Both the position numbers and the translations under genes were made by a program. DNA of 64,000 nucleotides from Phallusia mammillata (Eukaryota), in assembly GCA_965637545.1 (NCBI GenBank), contig OZ281495.1, positions 24,242,001 through 24,306,000 on the forward strand, given 5' to 3'. Of the stretch, positions 25,201-36,757 are shown piece after piece; the first letter of the stretch is position 1; the number at the start of each line of letters is the position of its first letter. The notes below the pieces were generated by a model, which made no database searches, had not been told where the DNA came from, and was given only the letters and a program-made list of their open reading frames with translations.

Positions 25201-28200
25201 ACCATTATACGACAAGAGTATATTTTTGGATAAAGCGTTTGTTGGTTGTCATGGACATTTTGTCTTTACAAGCCCCAAAACGGTTTATATGTGATTGAAA
25301 CCGCCTAAAAAATCAGGTGAATTGGGTCCTAATGATGTGGTGATAAAAAATACTGTACCTTTATGGATTTTATTGTGAAAGTACCGGATGGAATGCATCT
25401 TTGACCAAATATATCAGTCTATATCAAGTGCACCTGTCAGAAATGTCGAACAATATCAATTATTTTGCCGACATGTTTTGCTTTTAATTTTGTGCACACG
25501 TGGGCACTTTAAAAATTTGACCTTGTGTTTTATCGGAATTATGACACAGCGTCAACTTATAGTGTAAACTCCTTTGTCGATTAATCGTTTGAACTTGACG
25601 CTTAACCAAACCTCTTTGTTGGATTAAACAAACCTCACCAAGTAAAAAACCCACTTAACAAACATAAGACTATAACAATGTTTTGTCCTATCCCACCTAA
25701 CTTAAACATTACCATGTTCTCGTGGTTAAAATCCGCCTTAGTCAGCCAAAAAAGTGGTAAAATGTTTGTTGGGAATGGGGAATTCGTACATTAGCTTACG
25801 ACTTGTTACGTTCCTGGCAAACAGTCCATATAATGCTCGAGTCATTTTGTAAGCTTACGTGTGGAAGCTGTTTCCACTTACCAAAGGAAAACTATCAATC
25901 AAAAGGAATGAAACGCTTTAACGGTACTGTCTAGCGCAGTGATCGATAATGCTCGAATCCACTATCCTTCTATTCTCACCACCGTCAAATTTAGGCAACA
26001 ATACCGATGGTTGACATTTGTACCATACTCAAGTTTGGTGGATGACTTGTTGATATACTAGTGTTGACTGAACTTAATTGTTTTATGGTTTGGTGGTTAA
26101 CGGCTTGAAAAGCTGCCATTGTGTTGAGTTTGGTCGCCCAATTCTGGGCTAGCCGGTCGAAATAAAGTTTCCAAAAAGTTCTGAGAGCAAAAAAAATTAG
26201 CATCAGTTTTGCTGACCACCTAAACTTGCATAGCTAGCCAAAATGTTCCAATAAGCAACATGTGCAATAGTTGTCAAATATTCTTCTTCTTTAGCTTTAC
26301 GCGATGGACGAATTCGAGATGTGGAAGATGGAATACGAGACACTAGTTTTGGTGGTAACTAGCACATTTGGAAACGGCGACCCGCCCGGGAATGCTGAGG
26401 TTTGTTAAGGTTCTATTGCCAGTTATGCCTTTATCTCACCTTGGGTGCGTGTTTTAGACTTTTGCCGAATCACTGCACAAGCTGAGCAATGAAAACAAGA
26501 ACACTGACGGAACTAAGTAAGTATCGGCGAACTATGTCACGTCTGATGGTCACTGAGCCACTTAAAAATTTCTGATCGATTTCAAAGATAAAGCACCACG
26601 CGTTTTTTGTCTGCACATTAGTGAAATAATTGTCTGCGAAATATCAGCGTGTTTTGGCGCTGTTTCTCAGACAAATGAGCAAAATGATTGTTTTGTTTCC
26701 AAAACAGTAGCCGGCTGAATACATACTTACATAAAAACACATAAAAGCTTGAGTTGTTGTTTTAGCTAATAACGCGCTAAAGGAACGGGAAGCACTTGTT
26801 TGTTCGGTTCACGTTGACTAACTATGCACATCGAGTGAAAACGAAACCCCTAAGACTTCGGGCCTAAGTATTTTGGTCTCGGTTATTCCCAAGATCAAAT
26901 ATGGCCTTGTATATGGTTTAAGTTAAGCGTGGGTATTTCCAGACCAGACGTTCCATGGAAAAGATTTAAGAGTGTTCCCACGTGCACACCGACCGATCGC
27001 AGGTCTTCAGCGAAACGATCAAAACTCACAAGCAGGGACAGCTTCAGTACAGAAAGACAGGGACCCCTTGCAAATGTCAAGTAAGGAAATATTTTTAGGA
27101 ACACTATATACGGACTTGAAAAGTAATGTAATTATAAACATAACTGCCAAAGTACTGGTGTATATAGAACACTTCATGCAGACGTTTCAACAATCTCTAA
27201 GTGCTGATTATACCGTGTCATATTGACAACCTGGACGGATGATGACAACAGGGAATATTTTTGTATTTACAACCAAGCCTAAACTGGCAAAATTAATTAC
27301 CAATGAACTCATTTTTAGCTTTGGTGTTGTTTCTTCATAAGGTTTTCCGTGTTCGGTCTTGGGTCACGGGCTTATCCAAACTTCTGCGCCTTCGCTCACG
27401 CAATGGACAGCTTGTTTGGTGAGATGGAAGGCGAGAGGTTACTGGAGATCGGTGAAGGAGATGAATTAAGCGGACAAGAGGAAAGCTTCCAAAACTGGGC
27501 AAAGGAGGTTTACAAGGTCAGGTTTAATACCACATTTCCTTATCTACCCCCGACATGCTTTTTTGGTTTGATTTCTGGTAATCATGAAGCACGGATAATG
27601 AATCCATTTAAAAAAATCCATTTTTTTTCTGTTCAATAAATAGTTCTATGAGCCTTTCAAATAAAATTAAATTTAAATTAGGAAACTACACGATAATATG
27701 CCCACCAGTTTTCCAAATAAACGGCATAAGCAACTAAATGTCAAGACGTTCGCCAAATGAGATGACATTTGTCGACATATGATGGAAAAAACGTGTCGCT
27801 TTGTCATTCCCTTAAGTGACAGAATGTAATTGTGCGTTTTATTAGGTTTGGGCAGCGTAAAAACACACACAATGTTAAACCCTTTCAAAACACAATGTTA
27901 AAGCCACAGTTTCAAATAAGTTATTTGAAAAACAGCTGAGACTGACAGCACATTTCAATCCGCATGTGAATTTCTCATGCGCAATGTCATAAATAAACCG
28001 ATTTCGTCAAACAAATATATTTTATTCAATTTTAGCGTAGCAAATAAAATATATTGAATATGCATATTTTGGTTAAATCGATTTTAATATTACATTGCCC
28101 TTAAGAAATACGCAGACCGGTTAAAATGAACTAAAATATTGAGCTGTAGTACGTTTACATCACTTGCATCAACGTGGTATTATATACAGACGGCCTGCGA

Positions 28201-31200
28201 CACCTTTTGCGTAACCGGTGACGGAACTGATATGTCGCAAGCAAGCTCTTCTCTTGCTGTTCCTCCGTACGAGAAGTCGCTGTTCCGCGTAACTGTACAA
28301 CCATACGACAAGGACGAACAGGAGTATATTGACGGTAGGCTAAGTTCCGATGCACAATTCATATATTGTCTGATCCAGCCATGTTTTCAATTATAAAGTT
28401 CCATAATGAAGTCATTTTTTTCAGTAAAAAATTTACGTGTTTAAACACAATCTTTGTAACTAAACATAACGAACCACCGTTTGCCAAGCCCATTGAAGGC
28501 GTTATACCGAATCAGTCGGTCACCAAATATTCTCATCTGGCATAGCGTAGGCTAGAACATCTGTGATGAGACTCGAACCCACGACAGGAATCTTTCTATA
28601 GGCTATCGCCGGCTTGACCAGCATCGGTTAGGATGAACATAAGTTCACAACAGGGATTAGCCCTGAAGCGTTTATGTAGCCTAGACCAGCGATCATGGCA
28701 CAATAAACATATATAACAAAAAATATAATAATCATCTAAATTTGGCTTTTCAGTGTTGGCGAAACTGCATCGCAAAAAACTGTCGCCTTGTAAGATCAAA
28801 CGGCGAACCAACTTGCAATCGAAAACTTCAAGGTAAGACTGAAATATTGGCATATAGCATGGTAAAAAAACACAACCTCCAATTGTTCGTTGTAGCCGAT
28901 CGACAATCAAAGTGGAGTTGGACAGCGACAATTCAAAGTATCTGCAATTCAAGCCGGGCGACCATTTGGGTATTTACCCATGCAATGACCAAAAGCTTGT
29001 CAAAGGTGCGTATATATAGGCTGGAATGAATTGTTGGAAAATTGTGTGTTGTCGTGACACTGAATTTTGTTGTTGTGCAACAGAACTTGTCATGCGCCTG
29101 AAGGACGCACCTGAAGAGCATACTTTGATTCAGCTTGAATTCAGCAAGAAGGTTCAAAACAAAAACGGTATGAGAAGAAAACTAAAAAAATGACATACAT
29201 ATTAATCAACAATTCCTCATTTCGATTTTTGTGTATGTCAACTTGATACACAAGTATTGTTAGATTTCAATAAATGACTGTCAATACCACTTGTGTATAA
29301 AGTAGGTTTTAACAAAAACCACTTGTATGAATGAGAAGCTTTCAATAAATGCCCACCATGCATTGCCAGCTGTTATGGGCCTTTTAGACAAATAAACCAT
29401 AATAATTCCATTCAACACGTAAACCCAAAACAAGCAGCAATTCTTTGACAATTTGCTTCCATCTGTTTTAAAGGTGTGTCCGGCGATACCTGGGTCAGTG
29501 ATATTCGGTTGCCGCCATGTACCATGTGGACAGCCTTCTCGCGGTTTTTGGACATCACTACTCCACCCACTCCCAAATTGCTGCGTTTGTTGGCCGACTG
29601 TGCTGTAAATGAAAAAGAAAAGGAACAACTGGAGTTGCTCGCCGAGGTAAAAATTAACCGGTCGCATGACCAATCGGTATCACAAGAATTCAAATCTATT
29701 TTCGAGACGACTTTTTGACAACTCCGTAAGTCAAAAATAACTTACCAAAAGGATTACGTTCAACAGAAATTTTTTTGGGGAACATAAATGATAGAAATAA
29801 AATCTAGTTGAGCAGTTTTTCCAACCTTGTAATTTCAAGTGCAACGTCATGCTAACGAAGGAAATGATGTAACAAACTTTTGTTATAGCAAATAAACACG
29901 GGAAACTTCCAACTCGGTGAAGTGTTCGACGACATTTACCAACACACAACAATATTTTCGGATGCCTGAAACCACTGTAAAATATTTTAATCCCTCAGAA
30001 AGGTTTATTCGAGTTTAAATTAATATTTCATACACTTTCAAGTTTCGCTCGAATGCATTTTAATTTAATGAAAAAATTGTTATCTTTTTACCTATCCCCA
30101 AAAAATAACTTCGATCATGATACTGTTGCTTGTGGCTATACTGCTTCAGTATACGTTGCGAAGCATTTCGCCCGCCACCTCTCATACAACCCTTTTGAAG
30201 TTCTATCGCGTTAGCTGAGGTATTGATACGTTGCTGTTTGTCAAAATGTACACCTTGGTGGGATTGGGTTCATTCGGGTTCACAGCATATACCGCAACCA
30301 ATGGTAGTATATGGCTGCCGCAATTTCCTCAGCCAAACACATAAGCCAATCTTACTTTACACCGAAAGCTAATCAAATATACCTACACCCTGTATATGTA
30401 AAGATCGGTCCGGTTTATGTCCATTTCTTTCCGCTGCATTGGTTTGCAATTAGCGGTTGCTTTTGGATTTCAACGCTTTCGTACATTGCGGAGTGTACAG
30501 AGAGTAAAGTGCTCCTCCAAGTGGTGTGTGATCTATGCCCAGTAGAAACGAATTGCCTGTTAGATAACAACCAAAATATTTTAGTACAAATACAAGAGTT
30601 AATGATTCCTTTTATTCAGTACAGTAATTACGTTCTTACTTAGTCAACGTATACTGACTATCTTTTGGATTTTCCTCCTTAAAAACACTGTGACAAAACG
30701 TAATCCTATAGTGGTTGGTCCATCGGTATCCAAAACAAATGTCAACAACATTTCAAAGTACCGCAGAACTTTGGGTTCTGACAAGGCCGTTCTTAAGGTT
30801 GAATAAGACTGGTCTCAATCGACATAATACGACGTGGTCAAGAAACAGTTTCCTCCGTCTGTGTTAGAAGGAATTTGGTGGTTTGCTTTTGCAACCAGAG
30901 GGTTATAAGCCACAGACGACATTGTCCAATCGCTCCTGCAATGTAATACTGCCATTTAAATAGTCGTGATATTCGTCAGATTCGATGCCATTTAATTCAA
31001 TATATTCGATGCCATTTAATTCATATTTTCCAATATTCCTTTTAGGTCATGGTTATTAAAAACTTAAAAATTACAGCCAGAAACTTTTTCTAAACTTTTG
31101 TCAACACGCGAAAGTTAATTAAGACCCTTGCAGTACACACAAAACCGGATGTTACCAATTTATTTGATTAAAGTTATCAAACTTGCCCACGAAGAGTTCG

Positions 31201-34200
31201 CTTTTGATATTATTCCTGGCTCTTGCCTATTGTTAACTAACTTATAGCTACACAGCCAAACATACTCACCTACAAAGCCAAACATACTTAGGCAAGACCT
31301 TACCTTTGTGAGCTTTCAAAATAGATGGCATGATGCCACACTTACAGTGGCCAACTAATGCAAACACAAAATAGTCCGTATTATCATACTTGTGGTGTTA
31401 ATGCTAAGCATACAAACCTTGTGTTTCTGATGGTGAAATGGCGTCTTATGTTGTACAAACCATTGCAAGTTCCAGTCAACTAGAAAGCTAGCCATACGCG
31501 ATCTTTTTGGCTGGAATTTCTCGCAAAATGTTTCTTGCAATAGCAGTCAAAGCCCCGACAAGAGGAATATAGTCTCATATTATTCATAGTTTAGCTTCAT
31601 TTGTAGTTGTTCACTCCTCAGTGACTTAATTAACTTCAGACTTTAACACAGCTACTAAAGCTTGCGCGAGACTTTGCACTTCCAGTAATAAAGTCGTCCA
31701 CGTTAATTGCTCGACGCGCCGCATCTCCGAAACTTGGTGCTTCCTTCCAGCAATTTATGCGCAATCATAGTACTCACAAGGCGTTTGTTTTTACGGCCGG
31801 TAAGCATGCAGCACAGTGTACAGCATGCTGCTTTAAGTTTGCTACACTCTGAAAATGTTTGGTTTCACGGCGCTACAAGGGCTGAAATGTCCACATTTTG
31901 TTTTCAAAGGATGTATGCGTTTTGTCAAAGTCTTGGCTGGCACTACAAATATATTTCAATGTCACGACGAAGGATTCATTCTATAAAAAATAGAGCGAAT
32001 GTCATATTGTATTTCCTTATCTTGACACAATTGTTAACTACCAGTCTTCTAGTCTCGTTGGGCCACTTTTTGAACAGCGAATTTGTAAACTCATAATATA
32101 CCAACAAATAGAAACATGAACACCTAAAGCCGTAACAAAAATACACAAAACATGATGATGCTGGTACTAAAGGCACATGCTTTACCAAACTCAGTTGCAA
32201 GTGACTCTTACCACTTACCCGTACATTTGTTTAGGGCAAATCAGAGTACGAAGACTGGAAGTTTCAGAAGGTTCCCAATCTTGTGGAAGTTCTAGAGGAA
32301 TTCCAGTCAATCCAGGTCGAGCCCCCGTTGCTTCTCAGTCAACTTCCACTGCTGCAGTGTCGATATTACTCGATCAGCAGTTCGCCAGCTGTTCATCCTG
32401 GCGAGATCCACTGCACCGTGGCCGTGGTCAATTATCACACACAAGGTATGTTTTCAGTCTTTCTGCTGCTTTGGCTGTATTTGTTTCGACGTTTTAAAAC
32501 TAACCGGAGATTGGAAATAGTAAAGTTTTAGTCACTGTCAACAAAATTCGTTGGAAAGTTTTTTTTAGCAATTATACCATTGGATTTATGTTTTAATATT
32601 ATCAGCGAAACGGAATAAAGATAAATATAAACAAGTCAGTTTAGTATATTGACATTTTTGTATATATAAGAACACTAAACACTGACTTGCTTGATCAACC
32701 AAGCTGTCAGAAAGATTGTATGCAGCTAACACAATATTCTGCAGACGTCTCAGCTTTTCATACATCGCTAGTTACCTTACTCTGATGGTGACAACAGCGA
32801 TTGTTGAAACGACTACAAAAAAGTGTAATCCCTACATACAAGACCCCTGTTTGTTTCGGCTTTCTTTTAGTTGTACCTATATTAAACGTAAAGTACAAAA
32901 ACTACTAAAAAGTCATGGTCATCATCCGCTTATCCTAGTAGGTTTTTTACTGTTAGGTTATATTCGTTGATTTCGGGATTGAAGTCATTTTAGTGACAGA
33001 TATATCATATCTAAGAACCTTGAACATTGTGGATCGTGAAATGTCAACATAAAAAAGTATTGTGAAAATATCTTTAGGTGGCAAAGGTCCTTTACATCAT
33101 GGAGTTTGTTCAACTTACTTGGACAACGCAGACTCTGATGAAGTGATTCCCGCATTTATTCGACCGTAAGTTTATAGTTTTTCCTGTGGACCATATTTGT
33201 GATCAAACTATGCGCAGTGAATGTTGCTCTCTTAACGAATTCCCTTTGCAAATAAGGCAAGCAAAAAACTGTGTACAATTAAAGTAAACTTTTTTTAGAG
33301 CTCCTGCCTTCCACCTACCGGAGGACGAAAGTTTACCCTGTATGTTGGTTGGCCCAGGAACGGGAATCGCTCCTTTCCGAAGTTTCTGGCAACAGAGGAT
33401 CCACGACACTACCCCAGCAAGTAAGAACGTAAAATATTACCTATGCTCAATGATTCTATACAACTACGACTGAAAATTAATAACCCAAAATAATCAAAAA
33501 ATTAATAAGATTTTTAAATAGGTTTGTATTTTTGAATTTCATATAATTAACAACCTACAGCAATCACAACAATAATTGGTTTTTTAATAGATACAATTTT
33601 GAATTTTACGTGTATTTCATAAACGTGTATTATACAACAAGTTGTTTGGGAGATTGGCTTATCTCGGTACAACCTGCCGAATCGGCCAAAAATATACTGT
33701 GTTGTGTAATAAGTTTATTCACAACAGTTTAATTGTTTAATGGTGAAAATAACGGCCCAAATAGACGTTAAAAGCGACATGCTTTATTGTTCAAACGTTT
33801 CGGCAAATGCTCATGCCATCATCAGTGATATGAAGGCCACATCAAGTTTAATTGTATTGTAATAAACAATAATAATAAATACAGATAGCGGAAGAGCAAA
33901 TGGAGACCAGCTATAAGTTTAAGTCTTGCAGATGCCATAGCTAAAACTCTAAACTTTCTTTCAAGACAAAAACAAGCGCACAATGGCGCTATTGTTCGGA
34001 TGTCGACATCCCGACCAGGACCACTTGTATAAGGAGGAAGTGGAGAAAGCGAAAAAGATCGGAGCTTTAACTTCCGCTCATACTGCTTTCTCGCGATTGC
34101 CTGGTGTTCCAAAGGTAAAAAACAAATATGTACACCTTGGTCAATCCGCACCCGTTTAAACCAAACAAATTACCTTCATAAGGCGAAGACCCGGATTAAC

Positions 34201-35451
34201 CGATATCAATTAGTTAAAGCCTTACCATATTACAAATCATTTGTACCTCAAGTTTTTTTCCGAATTAGACGAAGAGTCCGATTAACCGAATCCGGTTTAA
34301 CCGAAGTTTGCTTTATGATATCGAACCATTGCGTTTGAAAGTTTATGCACTGCGCTACGTTTATTAAACATTTCTGTGCGAATACAAAAAAACTAAAACA
34401 CGGTAACAAATAGTATTATTTTTTGTTAACCTGCAACTAACATTTGCATTCCACCTTTAGAAATACGTGCAAGATGTATTACGTGATGAAATTTCTGACT
34501 TTGTGTATGATTGCATCATCACCAAACGCGGCCATTTCTACGTGTGTGGTGACGTCACCATGTCGGCTGACGTCAGCAAGGCGTTGATTAACGTCATCAA
34601 GGAGAAAGGCAACATGTCATTAAAAGAAGCGACCACCTACGTGGAACGAATGAAGGTATGAGACCAAGATGGTTTCGCTTAATGCAGCAGATTAAAAGAA
34701 TATTTGTTAGCAACGAATACCGAACTTCGTTTGATGAGTTTGAATGGAATTGTTGTGATGATTTTTGCCTAGTTGACTCAAATCGTTAATGATAGCAGTT
34801 ACTTCACAGGGTTCAGTTTTTCAGAAATTTTAAGATTTTTGTTGTCATAACTAGGACCAACAAAAACTATTTAATACATTACAGCCCTTTGGCAGTCTTG
34901 TTTCAGTTTCTTAAAATATATGCTTTGGCATCGCGTACCTTGCATTTTATACCTTGCCATTGTGCTACCATCTAAATCATTAGTTTCGACATTGTATAAC
35001 TTTTCATATTTAAAGAAAGCATTGCATCACCATTTTAACCATTAGTTTTAAAATTGCGTAACTGTTTATACTTGAAGAAACGATAGCGCAACCTTTTTTA
35101 ACCATTTGTTTCATCATTGCATAACTGTTCATAAGTTATTTAAAAAAAACTGCGCAACCATTTTTACCTATTTGATGCAACATTGGGTAACTAATCATAT
35201 TAAATTAAACTATTGCGCAACCATTTTTAACCATTTGTTGCACAATTAGGTACTTAACCATTTATATTTTAAGTAACCATTGCGAAACCATTTATAACTA
35301 TTGTTGCAACCTTGCGTGTTGATCCAATTATGTTTTCAACCAGACCGAGGAGCGATATCACGAGGACATCTTCGGAATCACACTTCGTACATACGAAGTC
35401 AGCGAGTCGATCCGAAAAGCGAACAGAAGCGGATCTATCAATGGAAACTGA
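10289..35451 (+). CDS. NOS: Nitric oxide synthase, neuronal type (PDZ, oxygenase, CaM-binding, FMN with autoinhibitory insert, FAD/NADPH), ~1338 aa, 30 exons
   Basis: Exons 10289-10427, 13481-13591, 16022-16174, 17690-17882, 18416-18509, 18674-18822, 19369-19531, 21218-21309, 21811-21952, 22253-22392, 23210-23381, 23731-23832, 23989-24183, 24296-24381, 24802-24946, 26295-26399, 26458-26516, 26943-27080, 27342-27516, 28190-28334, 28754-28832, 28896-29005, 29084-29167, 29474-29646, 32235-32445, 33078-33165, 33299-33420, 33966-34114, 34461-34655, 35344-35451 are all GT-AG and phase-consistent (4017 nt). Motifs: GLGFLVKE (PDZ), [13 protein letters not shown] (heme Cys), [63 protein letters not shown]. 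Confidence 0.97.
12457..12782. mobile_element. hAT-type MITE in NOS intron 1
   Basis: TIRs CAGTGGTTCCCAAAC / GTTTGGGAACCCCTG; 8-bp TSD GTTTAGGC. Confidence 0.9.
16260..16552. mobile_element. Older hAT-type MITE in NOS intron 3
   Basis: Imperfect TIRs CAGAGGCCATAATTGGCACC / GGTTGCCAATCATGGTGCACTG; near-perfect TSD CTCTATAG / CTCTGTAG. Confidence 0.65.
19956..21034. mobile_element. hAT-type MITE (outer copy) interrupted by a related copy
   Basis: TIRs CAGTGGTTCTTAACC / GGTTAAGAACCACTG; TSD GTTTAGAC (19948-19955 and 21035-21042). Confidence 0.92.
20416..20976. mobile_element. hAT-type MITE (inner copy, same family as the outer element)
   Basis: Same TIRs; its own TSD CTCTAAAA (20408-20415 and 20977-20984); internal sequence co-linear with the outer copy. 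Confidence 0.92.
28555..28632 (-). mobile_element. tRNA-derived SINE head in a NOS intron
   Basis: On the - strand, A-box-like TGGTCAAGCCGG (28609-28620) followed by B-box GGTTCGAGTCTC (28568-28579); no full cloverleaf seen. Confidence 0.55.
35086..35312. repeat. Degenerate ~65-bp tandem repeat, about 4 units, in the last NOS intron
   Basis: GCG(C/A)AACC(A/T)TTT(T/A)...CCATTTG units start at 35086, 35152, 35215 and 35282. Confidence 0.7.
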
Positions 35452-35867
35452 CATGATCCTTGCACTTAATTTGACAACGGTTAATTGCCAATCATTGTGT
35501 AAAATTAGGCCAACATACAAGACTTGTAATAGAACAACGCAATGTATTTACAAATTCGTAATTACTTTCATAACATTTCTTCAATCAATCTGCTTGCCTT
35601 TGCGTGCGATGTGCAACCATTTTTTTCCGTGACCATTTCTGAGGCACTTAAAGTGACGGCTGTAGATGTAGGTGATCCTGCTAAGCTTGTTTAGAAACAG
35701 TTCCGCGGTCGTAAACACATCGCAAACTTTTGCATTCCCTATCACGTTTTTGACCTTGGCGAACAAAGTTTCGATCTAACTGCATACGACGACCGCCACA
35801 AGCGATGTTGGTTAATTGATGAACAAGCCGATGGTGCCAAATTTCTGTAACGCAGTTTTTTTATGTA

Positions 35868-36110
35868 GGGTCTGTGTGTCCCTTCTTCGCACTACGCTTG
35901 ATTTGTGTTTGACCTCAAAGCTAACATCTTTATAGTACCTTGACCAGACATTTTTCATGTTTTTCTGTGGCTAATTATGTTAGCAAGCAAATTTGTTTTA
36001 GATCGGGTCTATGTGGCCTTTTTTCGCACTACGGCTTTTTAATGAATTCTTTATCATACATAGACCAGACAAGCATTTTCCATGTTTTTTGTGGCTAATC
36101 AAGTTTGCAA
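35868..36110. repeat. Two diverged ~137-bp direct repeats downstream of the NOS stop
   Basis: GGGTCT(G/A)TGTG...TTCGCACTACG...GACCAGACA...CATGTTTTT..GTGGCTAAT occurs at 35868 and 36005. Confidence 0.6.
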
Positions 36111-36449
36111 ACTGCACTGAACATGTATTACCATGACTGTAAATATTCTTACATAATTCTTAGCTGTAAATATTATAGTTTTCATTCAATTTTATTGTTT
36201 CTTTGAATACTTTGTTTGTGAACCATGTATGCACTATTGTTTCAACTGTTGGTTGGGGCGTTGTATGTTATCTACTTGAAAAGTATGTCGTTTTTATCAT
36301 AGGCTTCTAATGGGGCTGTAAATGTTGAAAGCTAAACTAAAATGTTCGTACATCAGTCAACTGTGTCGGTGATAGTTTTTCAAATACGACGATCTCAGTA
36401 CAATACGGAAAATGGATTTGGAAGTATAATGAATTTGTAGACTTTAAAC

Positions 36450-36757
36450 CAGTGGTTCTCAAGCAGGGCCCATGGCCTCCCAGGGGGGCCACGAGCTGTG
36501 TTCCGGGGGGTCACAATTCCCTAAATGTAATAGACTATTTCACATGCTATTTGTCTATATTGCGTTTTTCACAATTACGGATTCTTGTTTACTCTATTCG
36601 ACTTGTTTAAAGCCGAAATTAGCACCGAATTCCAACACGGGTTGCCATTTTAATTTTTTAGGTGTTAACTTAATGGGTTACTTGAAGGAGGCAGCACGAG
36701 GCCAAAAAGTTACTTTTAGGGGGGCACGGTTTAGGGGGCAAAGGTCGAGAACCACTG
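36450..36757. mobile_element. hAT-type MITE
   Basis: TIRs CAGTGGTTCTC / GAGAACCACTG; TSD CTTTAAAC. Confidence 0.9.

Noticed and set aside
28555-28632. Functional tRNA gene
   Set aside because: A and B boxes are present but no acceptor or anticodon stems could be built, so it is kept only as a SINE-like head.
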